This document shows positions 1-14,133 of a stretch of 64,000 nt of DNA, in pieces. This DNA is from Azolla caroliniana (taxonomy: Eukaryota; Plantae; Polypodiophyta). Position numbers and translations under genes: made by a program. The notes beneath the pieces were generated by a model, which did no database searches, was not told where the DNA came from, and saw nothing but the letters and a program-made list of their open reading frames with translations. Positions within the stretch are counted from its first letter, which is position 1; every line of letters starts with the position of its first letter. The stretch is from contig JBHGNT010000001.1 of NCBI GenBank assembly GCA_043228905.1, positions 3,658,001-3,722,000 of the forward strand. Reading direction: 5' to 3'.

Positions 1-1697
1 TAATAACATAGGAGAGCAACAAAAATAACAGAAAATGTCCAATGCCCATATCAAGCTTGTAAAAGAGGTAGACACAACATATTTAATGCAAGAGAAAAAC
101 TATCAAATGATTTTCATGGAGAGAATAATATGGCAAGGAAATAGAATGTGGAATAGCCGGACAATGCATATCAGGAAGTTGGCTTAAATTTAACATACGC
201 TTTAGGATTGTGTTGTAGGCCTTATGGGCTAGTTGTTCAAGCCAAGAAAACTATTATTGAATTGAAATAACGTTCAACTATATGACAACACTTCCTTGAT
301 CACATTTAATAATCCCAACTCAAAAAGTTTGCAAATGCAATTTGAGAGGACCAACTTGCTACTCTTAAGAAGCGAACACTCTTTAATGATATGCTTGAAG
401 AAAGTCTCAAGGTTGACTTGGTTCCTTCTAGCAATATTCGAGACTTTTAATTACTTTTCTCGTTGCTAGTGGTTAAGTCTTGTCATATCTTGTTAGGCTA
501 TGGTATTGTATTGTATCCACCCATCCATGGTCTCATTGATTGGCCAATTTATTTAAACATTAATGCCAAATATCCAACTTACCTACACATCCACCAAGAG
601 TTTTTAAGCTCGTACTTACAATGGAGGTTCTTAGGGTAGATATTTTATTATTACGAAGATTGATACTTGCACGTGACATGTCAATGTCTCCCTTGAGACC
701 TACAATTGAGAACAATTAGGCTATGGAACAATATCATAATGTTGGTTGGTTGTCTAGTCACACCAATTTGTTGTACGAAAACCTGAAGTCTATCGACCCA
801 TACATAATTTCATCTTTTCGTAACACTTCTTAATCTATCATGTTAATGTTATTAGCATGAGTACTCATGATTTCATTGCTTAGAAACTCACCATCAATTG
901 GCAATCTTTTCATGATGATTCATGAACATCAAACATTCAACCTATCAATGTTGATGAGATCAATTCGCAACATTCAAGCCTAGTGTTTGATCACGAATTA
1001 TCTAATCCGTTACAATACTAGTTTAACCATCAAGACGACTTCTACCACCTTTTCTCCACCCTACCTCAACTTTGGACACCAACCTAGAGCAATAATCTGA
1101 TTCCTCACTATTCATTTCAATCGAAGCTGAGGAATCCAAAATGTTCTTAATTTACACTATTGTGGACAATCTGATCTCAAGGAAGTGAAAGAGAAAATCC
1201 TAACATTCAAGTGAAGAAGAGAAGGCTTAATCAATAGTGATCAAGGTAATAATGTCAATATATGTAGGTATTTGTAAACATAATTATAAACCTGAATCTG
1301 TAATGTGTGTGTAAAAAGGGTTAAATGGAGATGAAAAAGACAACTAAAAATGTTGGACTAAGGTAGTGGTTTTTATGTGGAATTATATATATAATGGATT
1401 CAGACGGTAGACAATAACAGAACATCAAGGAAGGTTGTTTAATGTAATTTATAAGGTACAGAGATTAATTCTATGAACTTAAGTCCCTGAGATCCAAACC
1501 TGTTTCTAATCCTAGTATTAGTAAGTGAAGCAAGTAGTAATGCCATGATTTATGGGGAGATCCTTATTATACAAATACTATTGGTGATGCTCCTACTTAC
1601 TTTGAATGGGAAGAAGAAGAAGAAGAAGAAGAAGAAGCGAGCATATTAAAAACTAATGATGCAAAACATCAAATTAAACAAAATTAAATGGGATGTG

Positions 1698-1700
<3 letters not shown>

Positions 1701-1744
<44 letters not shown>
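1701..1744. repeat. (AG)n microsatellite at the start of SCPL intron 1; a (GAA)n tract lies at about 1610-1637
   Basis: Directly visible. Confidence 0.95.
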
Positions 1745-1746
<2 letters not shown>

Positions 1747-1753
1747 TAAGTAC

Positions 1754-2138
1754 CTCCATTAAGCCATAGGATTAAGGGAAGCTCGGAGGAGGGCCTTGAT
1801 TTATGGCCAGGTTGATTGTGTTGATTGGATTTAGGAGCCTCAGTGAGCCAGTAGAACAGCTCCTTCTCTTCATTAATTCGGACATAGCCTGAGAACTGAT
1901 GGAATCCGATGTTTCTTGGCTGGCCAGGGAGCCTAATAATCCGATCCGCCTCTTGCTGCAGATTCCTATTCTTCTTCTTAATCTCCTCTGCTTTGACCTT
2001 ATCCGTTTGATGATTATGATGGTCATGATTAATACTATTGCGATGCTCTGTTTCTGCACTGCCTTTAGTCGCAACTAATCTGTCATCAAGCAAAATCATC
2101 AGTATTAATCCGATCGCCCACCACTTAATTGCCTCCAT
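1754..2138 (-). CDS. SCPL: Serine carboxypeptidase-like (peptidase S10, clade II-like) protein, exon 1 only; the rest of the gene lies left of the window
   Basis: Signal-peptide-like N-terminus, then [38 protein letters not shown] donor (G|GTACTT) at 1753, right after WLNGG. The expected next exon (PGCSS) is not visible in 1-1750. Confidence 0.9.
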
Positions 2139-2602
2139 TTTTGCTCGATCAATAATGCCTCTGATTAAGAATATAGAGCTTATGCGATTATCATCATGAG
2201 TTACTAATTTAAATCTCTCTGTCTGTCTGTCTGTCTGTCTCTCGCAGTCTGTGCTCTGTTTCTCTGTCTTTCTTTGTGGCGTTTATTTTATAGTGAAAGG
2301 GAGGTGAACAGAAAAACGCAAAAAGCTTCAGTTGTTCTCAACAGCACAGGAAAAAAAAAAAGCAACTGAAAAAAAAACTCGATAAATATGTAAATCAGAA
2401 AGCAAATTCTTAAAAAGAAAAAACATTTCCTGTTTTCTTGCTTGAAAAATAGTAGCAAGAAGTCAAAAACTTCATAGTCGGATGCGATTAAATTAGTTTT
2501 ATTTAACAAGAAAAATAATAGCCAAAAATATATGATAAAAACCAATATTTGGCTAAAAACAACAACCTAATTTATTTGGTTCCATTCCATTGAATGTTCT
2601 TT

Positions 2603-2645
<43 letters not shown>

Positions 2646-3254
2646 GTAGATAGACACAAACACACTCTTTTTATGTAGCCCCAAGGCCGAACATTTGCTT
2701 CTCTCACCCTTTTTTTACAACAAGGTATCGTAACACAACAGTCACTCGATTGAGAGTCTCTCTTAGCTTGGCTTTCATTTGTTAACTTCTTTCGTGTCGG
2801 TGCAATTCATATTTGACCACTGATACATGCCATGCTATCTCGTATTTTATCGACTTGTGCAATTGGCCTTCACCAAATAGTTGGTCGATGTCTCGTGTTA
2901 CGTCTTGTCACAAGCTGGTTGTCTTGCTGTACGAAGAAGAGCCTTTGTTGTCGTTCACCAAAGTTTGTCTTGCCAGATTAATGAGTGTGTTGTTGTCGTT
3001 CACTAAAAGCTATTAATCTAATGTAAAAAGCCAATTGGAACCCTAGAAAAAACATCATGTTTGCATGGTACTACTACTTTTATTTGAAAGGGAAACTTGC
3101 CAAATTAGCTATGAGGCTAATGCTCATTACAAGTTGTCTTGTTATAGTGAGAGCCTTTTGTTGTCGCTCATCAAAGTTTGCCTTGTTAGATAAATGAGTA
3201 TTTTGTTGTCGTTCACCAAAAAAGTAGGTTTTAACAATGAATGCTAATCCAGCG

Positions 3255-3322
3255 TCAAAGTCGGTTTGAACCTTAAACAACTATATGCATCAAAGTCGGT
3301 TTGAACCTTAAACAACTATATA
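3255..3322. repeat. 35-bp tandem duplication
   Basis: tcaaagtcggtttgaaccttaaacaactatat occurs at 3255 and 3290. Confidence 0.9.
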
Positions 3323-3825
3323 TGTTCACGTTATAATACTACGATCTATAGCTGAGAGGGAAACTCTACAAATTACAAGTCTATATAATGAAATAGGTAG
3401 ACAAGTTAGCAGAAGAGAGAAATCTCGAGTAAGTTCTAAAATGGTAGAAATGTATTGTCTCTTAGTTCCCTTATGGCTTAACATAGCTAACAAATACTCA
3501 ACCCATCACTGGCATTTTGCTGAGCATTGGTTTGTAGTTCATAGTAACTAGTATGTACTTTTAAAAGTAAATTTACCCATCGTAATCAACTATGGTGTCA
3601 TTTGACAAATTTATAAAGAACATGGTTAATGCAAATACATTGTTAAAGAAATGCAACCCTTCATTCAATGGTTCAAGTGGTTGGGTGACCGAACATGTGA
3701 TTTTACATGAGAGCCTTGTGTTAACATGGACCCTAGCCAAAAATAAACCAATCACCTTGTTGGGCCCTTCTATTTATCCACCCATTTTTTTAACAATACC
3801 TTATTCACTTGTTTATTGTCATCAA

Positions 3826-3890
3826 TTGCCACGTGATGCCAAAGTTTTTGCCATGTGATGCCAAAGTTTTTGCCACGTGATGCCAAAGTC
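3826..3890. repeat. 22-bp tandem repeat x3 containing G-box CACGTG
   Basis: ttgcca(c/t)gtgatgccaaagttt at 3826, 3848 and 3870. Confidence 0.9.
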
Positions 3891-6341
3891 ATGGCAGAAC
3901 TATGTATAATTGGCACCCGCATTAATGTAGGATCCCAAATGATGTCATGTACATCTCCCACCAAGATCATGCCAAATCACAAGCACCTAAGATTTCTTAA
4001 TAACAATCATCCAACTAGCCTTATTCATATACTCCACATAGTCTTATTGTAGATTCTTTGTAGTTTTTCTAGAAGGTATTGTTTAGATCTTGGTGGGAGA
4101 ATATCATGCATCATTGTTGGTTAATCATTTGAAGTCCATATTGCATAATTGAGTTGGGAAAGAAACATAATTTTTCCTCACGACATATAATTATTAGCAT
4201 AACCTCTTTGTTGTTAAATCTACTATTGTATAACAACGTGTATAAATGATTTAAATGTTTCCCATCTATATTTTGCCATATAAAAGTTATGCTTTTATGA
4301 GATATGCCCACCATCTTTCATAAGCAATACATGAACAATGTTTTGGCCATGTAAGAATACATGCTACTGAAGCCTACTTGTTTGATGGTTATGTGTGTGG
4401 TAGCAAGACTATTTTTGAGACTTGCAAAGTTACCCAAAAAAATGTTTCCATGATTAATATTGACTTATGATATACCTCACAATCAAATAGAACATCTACC
4501 AATGTACCCCCATGAAATATCCTTCAACTTATTAGTATTCAACCAAACAATCGATATGGTTGATGTTTCATGTTTTGTAAAGGATTTGCCCTCGTCCATT
4601 CTTAGCTGTAAAGGTGTACTTTAAGATCTTCTCTTGATCTCACTAGTGTGCTTGAATAATATCCAAACTTGCACCATATTATTTTGTCCGTGAGAGGCAA
4701 AGCAATGGAATATGCATACAACTATGTCATTTTGACTCATGAACAAATCTTGATTGATAAAAGTTTTTCTATAAAATTAAACAACCACAAACACTCTCTT
4801 ATAAGTCAGGATTTGGAAGTTGTAATAGATCGAACTTTTGCCCATCATAAAATTCAACACATCTTGTGAAAACTTTTCGATGTGCTAACTTTTTGTATTT
4901 GGGGAACTTATCGTGAGTTTTGTTATTCAAAGACATGTAGGAAAAGTACAATTGTGATTGAAACACAATTAATCCGGTTAAAAGCTCTCCAAATTATGGA
5001 GGTACATTGTCTTAGGGTAAAAGAACACAATTTTTTATTCAAGAGGTGAATATGATGGTAAAAATTGACCATTACCTCATAGACTCATTGTAAGTTAACG
5101 ATATTTTTTTTAATATACCCCTCTTATCAAGGGCGAAATCAAGAGTCCCCTTCTTAACTTGGAAAATATCACCAAATATAGTGGATCAAACGAATAAAAT
5201 ATATGTGTACATCAATTGTTTGGCCACTACGCCAATGCACATTAATGGTGAGGGACATTTTGTCGTAAATGATATATATGATTTATCATACTCATCGTGC
5301 TCTTTTAGTGGTGGATGTATATTTGGCTAAATATCAATGTTGTATATTAATGCTTAAGACAAATAATTTGCGAGCATACCCATTATACAAATACGCATTC
5401 ATTTATGAAGATACACCCTCTCTTTTTTTCCAAAATGAAGCTACTTTCCCATTAGTTCGGTGGGATTATTACAAAGAGACTGTACAAGGAGGCTTAAACA
5501 TAGATCGGGGAATCTCCCTCTGATCAAGTTCAAGAAATTGGGACTAGTAAGATACACCCATTTTTACCTTGATTGGCTTATTGATTTTAGTAACTTTGTA
5601 GCCATATTTAGAAGATAAACATCTTTACTATTTGATGAGACGTGCATACTATATTTCTCGAACTATAAGGGGTACTTTTTATATCACCCCTAACACAAGG
5701 AGATATAGTTGAAATTGTTCCCTCAATTAATTGAAGTGTTCTACAAGCATTTCAAATAATGATATTATATGTCACCTCGTCTTTTACACGTCATCTTTTA
5801 CATCACATTTGTGATTGATTCATTGAGAGATAACTTCAAGCTTTTTTATTGAAATTTGGAATTCCTTTACTCACAAAGTGCAACTAGGAAACCAATATTT
5901 ATGTGTCTCCTCCTTATATATCATGATACTGAATAACTTTCAACACATGTATTCAAATCAACTTCTTTCTCCGCATGATGCATTCTTTTTTTTTCTCCAT
6001 AAAACATATGCTCCATTGGTACGCATGATGCATTCTTGGACTACGAGAAATTACATTCATCTTGGCTTCAAACCATTTGATTGTAGAGTGTGATTTATGA
6101 ATGTTTGACTCATAAATATTTACAATCTATTAGATTTTGATGTATAATAAGAGTTTGTGCATTGTATAGTTGTATATGGCGTAGATAATAATTGGAAAGG
6201 TGACCAAAGCAAACAAGAGATTGTTCTGAGGTCAAAGTTTTTATAACTATTTCATAAGAACCTCCTCCATGAATGGGAAAAAGAATCACGGTCTCATTTT
6301 GTCCATACATTGTTTTTTAGTATGAAAATACTCATCACTAC

Positions 6342-6594
6342 TAGGAGTCTGCAACAACTCGGCTCAAGCTTGAACATAGTTTTTAAACCATTTTAACTGG
6401 CGTTTCAGTTTGGCTCAATTCAGGCTTGAGCTTCCTTAATTGGATGGAGCTTGGTTTTGCAAGGCTCAAATCTTAACTGGTTTAGGGATCGGCTCTGTTC
6501 AAGTTTGAAAACTCCAACTGCTTAAGGCTTAATCAGTTTGGTTTGGACAAGGCCAAAATTGGTTAAGCCAAAACCATATTGTTGCAAATTCCTA
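6342..6594. mobile_element. Non-autonomous hAT-like MITE (about 253 bp)
   Basis: 16-bp TIRs taggagtctgcaacaa / ttgttgcaaattccta (14/16 match), imperfect 8-bp TSD atcactac/agcactag, and internal short repeated motifs (ggctcaa, ggttt). Confidence 0.65.
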
Positions 6595-7588
6595 AGCACT
6601 AGTAACTTTGCCAATATTCAAACGTTACCTATGTAATGACAAACCTCCAACCACTTTGGCAATAAGATTGTGTTTCTAAAACAATACCTTTTTCACCTAG
6701 ATTATTGATTATAAATTATAATATCCTCTCAACATTTGGCTAAGATAAAGCATGTCTCCCCCTTGCTTTTGTTGTTAGATTCTACATTCCTAATCGTCAT
6801 TCCAACTTTTGTGCTTGGATAGAGATTAACCCTTTCACAATGCAAAAAATGACTTTGCTTGCTTCATAGGCATTTGTAAATCTTTGGAAATGAAATGAAG
6901 AACTCATTACCAAGTCAATGTATGCGTTCAATTTCTTGCATCTACGAGAACGTGATACCTCGTGTTTGAATGGGTGATGGCATTTTAAAAAATGCACTAG
7001 GTTGTTATTGTTATCGATGGATGATCAAGGAGATGTAAAAGAAAAAACTCCAAATTTTGAAATACTAGAATGCAATTGTTATGATAACATAACTCTTACA
7101 ACTCAATAGTTCATGAATCGAGAAATGTTATTTCGTGAAACACATAATTCGCAAAGGAAAAAAGGTTTGATCATGAGTGCCAAGAAGCCGCAAAGAGAAG
7201 TGAAATTGTTGTATTGACATTTATATGAAAGACTTATTTCAGAAACAAATATGAATAACAAAATCAATTGACAATTTCTTAAACTCAAGAGAAAGCACAT
7301 ACATATCATGCATGTGGTGAATTTTGGGTAATAGAAAGGGGAAGTGTGCTGTGTTTATGGTAATGTAACTCCAACAGACTTGTGTAAGCATTGTACAAAC
7401 CTATTTGAGCATTGCTTTTATAGTCTTCAATAAAGCTTCTGATATCGTACATCACACACATCCTTTGAAATATATGGAAGAACTGCAAGTACCAAGTGAA
7501 TGCATGCTTTCAATTTCTTGAATCTATGGAATATCATTACAAACTCATGTTTATGTTGAATTTTAAAAATTTCAATAGTATTATTAGT

Positions 7589-7622
<34 letters not shown>

Positions 7623-7759
7623 AAAACTATACCATAGTTTCCATTACCAATCCAATAAGCATATAATGATACAATCTAGTGGAGGGTAAGATAAGAGAGA
7701 AAAGGTATATCCCCCACTATGTCATAATTGAAACCAAACTCCACCTATGTAGGAAACAA

Positions 7760-9010
7760 CCATCGAGGGGGTACATATTGCCAAACCATTTTGTCATTTC
7801 TCTCCACAAAGACGAACAAATCCTTCCATTTGCCTTTAAAGGATTGTTGTTTTAGAAAAATGGTATCTTCATTACTAGTGAAGGCATCATATTGACCTTT
7901 TAAAATTGAAATAAGCATCGACCAAATTTCCTACACAATGAACCGGATTTTGCTATATTTGCTAAAACACAATTTTGCATCGATCTATCCAAATATTCCA
8001 CAAAACAACTTATGGTATTGTAGCCCATACTGTGGCATCCACATTCAACCGATTTGAACTTGAATATGGTATGTCCTTAACTTGCCTTCCCGTAGTTTGA
8101 AGGGTAAATAATATATTTTCCCTTTCATAATTATGCTTATCGACATTTACATCCATCCAAAAGACATTTCCCCATGTAATCACATTAGGTCCATATGCAA
8201 CATCAATGAGGCGCAACATACGTTTTCAAACAGAACATGCAGTCATACAGTTCCATAAGGCATGTTGCATCGATTCCAAATGAAACCCATAAAAAGAACA
8301 AGTTTTGATTCCCTCTTCCCTATGCATCCAATATATTTTCCCTTTCACAATTATGCTTATCGACATTTACATCCATCCAAAAGACATTTCCCCATGTAAT
8401 CACATTAGGTCCATATGCAACATCAATGAGGCGCAACATACGTTTTCAAACAGAACATGCAACCATACAGTTCCATAAGGCATGTTGCATCGATTCCAAA
8501 TGAAACCCATAAAAAGAACAAGTTTTGATTCCCTCTTCCCTATGCATCCATTCCAAGACTGGAAGTGCGTAGTTGGCACATAACCATCTAAATGTAATTA
8601 TTTTGTGAGGAATTTGTAGAGCCCATAGCCATTTCCAAAACGCCAATACTGAATGCATATGAATACTATTATTTAACCATACCTTAGCTGCAGCCGACAT
8701 AACTAGATTCCTCCTTCGCTGGAATTCCCTACCTAATTTTACAAAGTAATCAAAGAAAGAAACCATCTTACCATTAGCATCTCTCCACCATCATTCTGTT
8801 GGATCCCAATCTAACTCCAATAAGGGTTTGCTACCACAAACCAAAATATCCCATAAAGGGTTTAAATTTTTAGGATTGGGATCAATAATACATACCTTCC
8901 CTATTTTTGCAACCACCCTATTAGGCTTCTACTCCACTAAAAGGTCATCCCCCATAGAGACCCATTGCAATTTTCCCTCTGAAACTATTACATACGCTAA
9001 GAAGGATTAG
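7760..9010 (-). mobile_element. L1-type LINE ORF2 3' fragment (zf-RVT region), degenerate
   Basis: ORFs 8446-8766 and 8010-8219: FWKWLWALQIPHKIITFRWL...CSFYGFHLESMQHALWNC. Resembles the 3' end of the LINE at 45671-63073 (MVSFFDYFVKLGR vs MVPFFQYSIKLGR). Confidence 0.8.
8111..8550. repeat. 220-bp near-perfect tandem duplication inside the LINE fragment
   Basis: 8111-8330 is repeated at 8331-8550 with about 3 substitutions. Confidence 0.95.
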
Positions 9011-10259
9011 TATTATTAGTGTTAAGCATGGCTCCACTCTCATAAAGTCTTTTTAGGTTTGAATTGGAACAAATGTTGGCTTGAGTGAGTAGTCACGAGG
9101 CATTGAGGAGTGAAAAATGTAGTCATCATGAATTTGTTGTACGTACATGATGTGCTCATATTTTTTACAAATACTTTTGAAGATGCACAAACCGTTATTC
9201 ATTATTGGAAACCTTTGCATTTAGTCAATTGAGTGTAAACAAAGATTATGCTTGTGAAGACTCTTAATAACCTTAAAGCATGCAACGTGTACATCTTGCC
9301 CATTGAACGTGTAACAAGAGTTTCTCTCATCCATTCATGTTATGTTGTATTATTGGTGGGAAGGATGAGTGAAGGTGTCAACCACTTTCAATCGTACAAC
9401 CAAAGTGAACTAGCTCATATGGCGAACCTTCTCTCTAACCTCACTCTCATACTTCAACCAAATGATGATGGTCAAGGAACCAATAGAGACAAAGAAATTG
9501 AATCACCCTATAATGTCCTACATGAGAGGATTATGTCCATAACCTTTGTAACAACACACCATCACAACTACAAATTCCGTCGTCACCAATCTTGTGCCAA
9601 CACAATCGTTCACTTTAAGCATGAACTAGGAGAAACATATATCCAATATGCCCAACAATGATTAATCCATCTAGATAAAACCACATCCCTCTATGCCATC
9701 ACCTCCCAACTCTCTAATGTTCCCCATATCTTTGATGCCAATAGTTTTACGTAGCACACAATATATCTATACCGAGTACATTCCTTGAAGCTAATATCAA
9801 CACTCATGCTAAGGTCGAAGAGATAACATACCCAAGTTGCCAAGGGAGATTTAGGAGGCTCTTCTTTTCCATTTACCTCAACCTTATATTACATTGCTTG
9901 GTGAATTGACGTCAAAGAGAAGTATGGCATCCTCTATGGAGAATGCACCACCATCCAACTAGCTAGATATTGCTTGAGCTTGAAAAGCATCAGTCATCAA
10001 CCCTTATATTAGCATTTGGGATGCAATGACAATCACTCATCACTATTTCTTCCATAATTCCTTAACTCCACTAACAACATGCCAAAAAATCACCATAAAG
10101 CAAGTAAAGGAACATCAACGAAAATGAGGGCCACAAGTCCAAGACATAAGGCACATGTGCCATACCCTTGTTAGATAAATGGAGATAATTGTTCACCATG
10201 TCTGATCCTCGTAAGAAATCCTAGATGCACTTGTTAAACTTAAACATCGTGTCATTTCA

Positions 10260-11335
10260 CCACACCAATAGACATGGTATACAAACTCTTACTACCATTA
10301 CTCTCATACAATGTATTGGTTATGCAATTAATGCATGCAAACAATAGCAAAAATCATTGGACCACCACATGTATTAAGATAATGAATAATCATGGTGGTT
10401 AAGAAAGCCTATATTTTATGGAGTACACATATTCCCATGAAGATTGTACTTTTTCTCTTGTTATTTATCCATTATACACTACCAGTTCGGGCTTGGTTAC
10501 GACAACTGAATAGTAAGTCGTGTGGATTTGGTTGTGGATGTATGATAGAATCAATTAAGCATGTATTGTGGTCTTGTCCTAAAATTATGCAAGTATGGAA
10601 GAGAGTATTAAGGTTGTTGATATTGATACATGCTAATTGTGTGATCACTTGGGGCGTGGTTAGGTGGGGCATTCTAGAGGGACAATTGTGGTTATAGTGG
10701 AAGCCTTTCACATAGTTCCTCATCATATACAAATGGTTCAACCTTTTCTAATTGATAGTTTGCAATTTAGGGATGATATTATTTGGAAGACAACCTCATC
10801 TATTCCGATGTGGGTAATTTGGAAGGCATTGCGCGATGTACATCAATTTTTGACAACGTCACTCATGATGTTTCTGTTATAATTGCTGAATTTTGGTTGT
10901 TACTTATTCATACATTACGTAGTCAATACGAAAGTTTTACAGGCAATGTTGATGTCATTTTTAGGAAGCAAATGCATTTTTAAAGGTTATGGGATTCAAT
11001 GCTCATTTTTAGGGAAGATGGAGATCGCATAATACATATGTATACTATTCCTATCATTTGGGAAACAATGTCTACTAACTTTGTTTATGGACTCTGTTGC
11101 TATAGATGTTGGTGGTATAGGTTACATTGCGTGCTCAGTTGTAGGTTGGGAGGAATAGACCATAAAAATTTGGGAGATATGGTGTACAAATATGTGTAGT
11201 TCTTGTATATACACATCAAATCGGCTATGATGTGAGCACAATGGAGTCGGTTGGTATACTCCTTTATCCAACACAACTTTTGTATTTCTTATGATTTTAT
11301 AATACTAAGGCATATCTCTTTAGGGGAAAAAAGGC
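10260..11335 (+). mobile_element. L1-type LINE 3' fragment (zf-RVT), degenerate
   Basis: LWSTHIPMKIVLFL...CGFGCGCMIESIKHVLWSCPKIMQVWKR; WVIWKA; short A-rich tail near 11326-11333. Confidence 0.75.
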
Positions 11336-11458
11336 TGATGTGCACATTAATAGCATCGAATGACATTAATTTGAAAAAATAACCCAAGTTCTCCCCATGA
11401 GTTGAATCTTGAAGATATCTAATGTTTCACTGTCCACATTTAAACACACACACACACA

Positions 11459-11504
<46 letters not shown>

Positions 11505-12538
11505 CTTGGGATCACTTTTGTTTCTAAAGTTCCAAATCCATAACTTGGGAGGATTGTATCCTTTCATGTCTCTCATATTGGGTTGCACCATCATATATGC
11601 CACAATGCACAAGTTCGTAGTAACCCATGAACCTCCAAAAGAATTATAATACTCAATAGCAAGTAGTAGAAAGAGAAGAAGAAAAAGAAAAAGAAAAAGA
11701 AAAGAAAAGAAGAAGGAGATGAATGAATGTTTTGCAAATCATGTGCCTTAAAAATAAGAAAACCCGACACTAACAAAGGAGTAATCTATAAAATGGGGAA
11801 ATAAGGCATATGATCTTGAGACATGGATTCTAATTTTGTTATTATTAGGAAGCTTGTAAAAGGATGTGTTTAATTTGTGTATTATGAAAATGCACTTTTG
11901 AATAATTCTTGTATTGAACAAAACATCAAACCTGCAGCTAAAGATTTTAACACAAATTATAAGCTTCGCTAGTAAATTAACATTCATGTGCATCCAAACT
12001 ACACTAGAATAATCACGTGTCGTGCAAAAGGAGTCAAATGTTTAACGGTTTCGTGAAAAGTTTTTTTAATGAACACACATTGGAAATTGCACAGTGTTAG
12101 TCTTTTGAATTTATACGCAATAATTTGTAATAAGGGCAATTCTTGTAAAGGGTTTATATTTATTTTATTGCAAAAGGAAACAAAAATTTTAGCGAAGGAA
12201 TTCCTATTATTGTCAGAGTACATCACATTTTAGTTGAAAACATATAAGCAAAATAATTTTTGTGTGACAAGATAACATAAGCATTAGTATGAGCAACATG
12301 GAGTTGAGGGACGAATTCATCATAAATGGCCTTCGCAATGTCTGAGCCGTCATCACCCTCGTCACCTCTCATGGAACAAAGGGCTTGGCAATGGGGCGTC
12401 ACTTAATGATAACATATATTGATGTTCTCAACAAGTGTAGGCGATTGTGTTTGACTAGCTCAGTGTGAATCCTTCACGGGGTTCTTTGATTCGACTATCA
12501 CGATTGGTTGGAAACATCCTTCGAGTTTGGCTAGAGGC

Positions 12539-12807
12539 TAATTATGCTATTTCCAAAAACTATAGGGCTACCTTCCATCTTTGATTGTTATTATTACTAC
12601 TACTACTACAACAACAACAACTACATCTAGCTTGATTCGGGATAAAAAATTACTCGTGATTTCGCCCTCGCAATGGAATGTATATTGTTGCTTGGACACG
12701 ATTTCTGGCGCCCAGAATACAAATCCCGTCCGCATAGAGATACATAGCTTTTGGCCGGAGTGTAATTATGCTATTTCCGGAAACTATAGGGCCACCTTCC
12801 ATCTTTG
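12539..12807. repeat. 45-bp direct repeat pair in the PLGG1 upstream region
   Basis: taattatgctatttcc(aa/gg)aaactatagggc(t/c)accttccatctttg at 12539-12583 and 12763-12807. Confidence 0.85.
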
Positions 12808-12929
12808 GGCATCATCATCATCATCATCATCCTCTCTTTTGAGCCTGTGGCCCACACCACACAGAAGCGAAGGTGGAAAGATGAAGTCGAAGATGAAGGC
12901 CGAGATAAGATTCTCAGTGTTGCAGACCC

Positions 12930-14078
12930 ATGGCTTCCCATCACAATCTTCTTCTGTTTCAGGCTCGCCCCCTCGTTGGTGTGCCTGCATTGCCAGCCAA
13001 TCGATGCTCTGTTGCTTCGAGTTGCTACAATTCACATTCTCCCCGACCAGTTTTTCATCGCCGACCTTCATGCCCTCGTCTACTTCACTTCAATCTATCC
13101 TCATCTTCGTCCTCATTTCATGATCTTCTCCTTCTTCCTCGCCTCCGTGTAGGTGGATTAGGGATTCCATCTCTTCGAAGGGAGTTGAAAACTCGCGCCG
13201 CAGCAACTGGTACTCCCGAGGTCCAGCCACAAGAGAATGCAGTAAGAAAGATTCAATTTTCTGAGAGTGTTTGTGTAAATACGTATGTGTCTGGTAGCAA
13301 AATAGATGACCTCGGGATGTATGAATAGCTTGGGACCAAAATTTGGAACGTATCCTTAAGTTCGTGCATGCAGGTGTGTGTATTTATTCATGTATCTGGT
13401 ACCCAAATTGATACCCAAGGTCTTGAATTTGTATGGAGAAGTGGAGGCATGTGTGGTAGCCAAATGTAACCATCTGTTTGAGAGAGAGAGAGAGAGAGAG
13501 TATTACCATTTCGTGCAAATGAATTCATATGGAGAGTCATAATTGGTGGGCTCCCATTAAGTTCGGCCTTAAAGAGACGAGGACTAAGGTCCGACACTTG
13601 TTTCTTTTGCACTGTTCCATTGGAGGATAGTACACATGGGTTCATTAAATATACTATAGCGTGTACCATTTGGAAGCACTTACCAGACATTTGGCAAGTT
13701 TTAACTTGTTGTTGTTTGAGACCTCAACAATGGGTTTTTTCTCAATATGTTCAAAATGGTTCAAATGGTAAGATGGAGATATTGTTCTAAATTTTACGTT
13801 ATTGTAGACTACAACACAATTGGAATAAGCATAATGCTTTCATGTTTGATAATAGACATGGGGTGAAAGCCTATATAAAGAAGTTGAAAGGTATTCTCAT
13901 GTGGAATTTTTGGATATTAAGAGCATGTGGGGATCATTTCTGCAAATGCATATTCAAGTGTTTTAATGGTATTACAGGACGTCCCTCTCCCTACATAGGC
14001 ATATGATAGGTAGAGGAGACTAAGAAGTGTTGTAACTAAGTGGATTTTGCATACAATTAATATAAATGTGTGGGCTAA

Positions 14079-14133
<55 letters not shown>

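Noticed and set aside
4300-6300. Possible decayed LTR-retrotransposon coding sequence
   Set aside because: Only faint motif resemblance; no boundaries or domains could be supported by eye.
2288-7624. Short 60-90 aa ORFs in intergenic DNA
   Set aside because: Low complexity, often non-ATG starts, no recognisable motifs.
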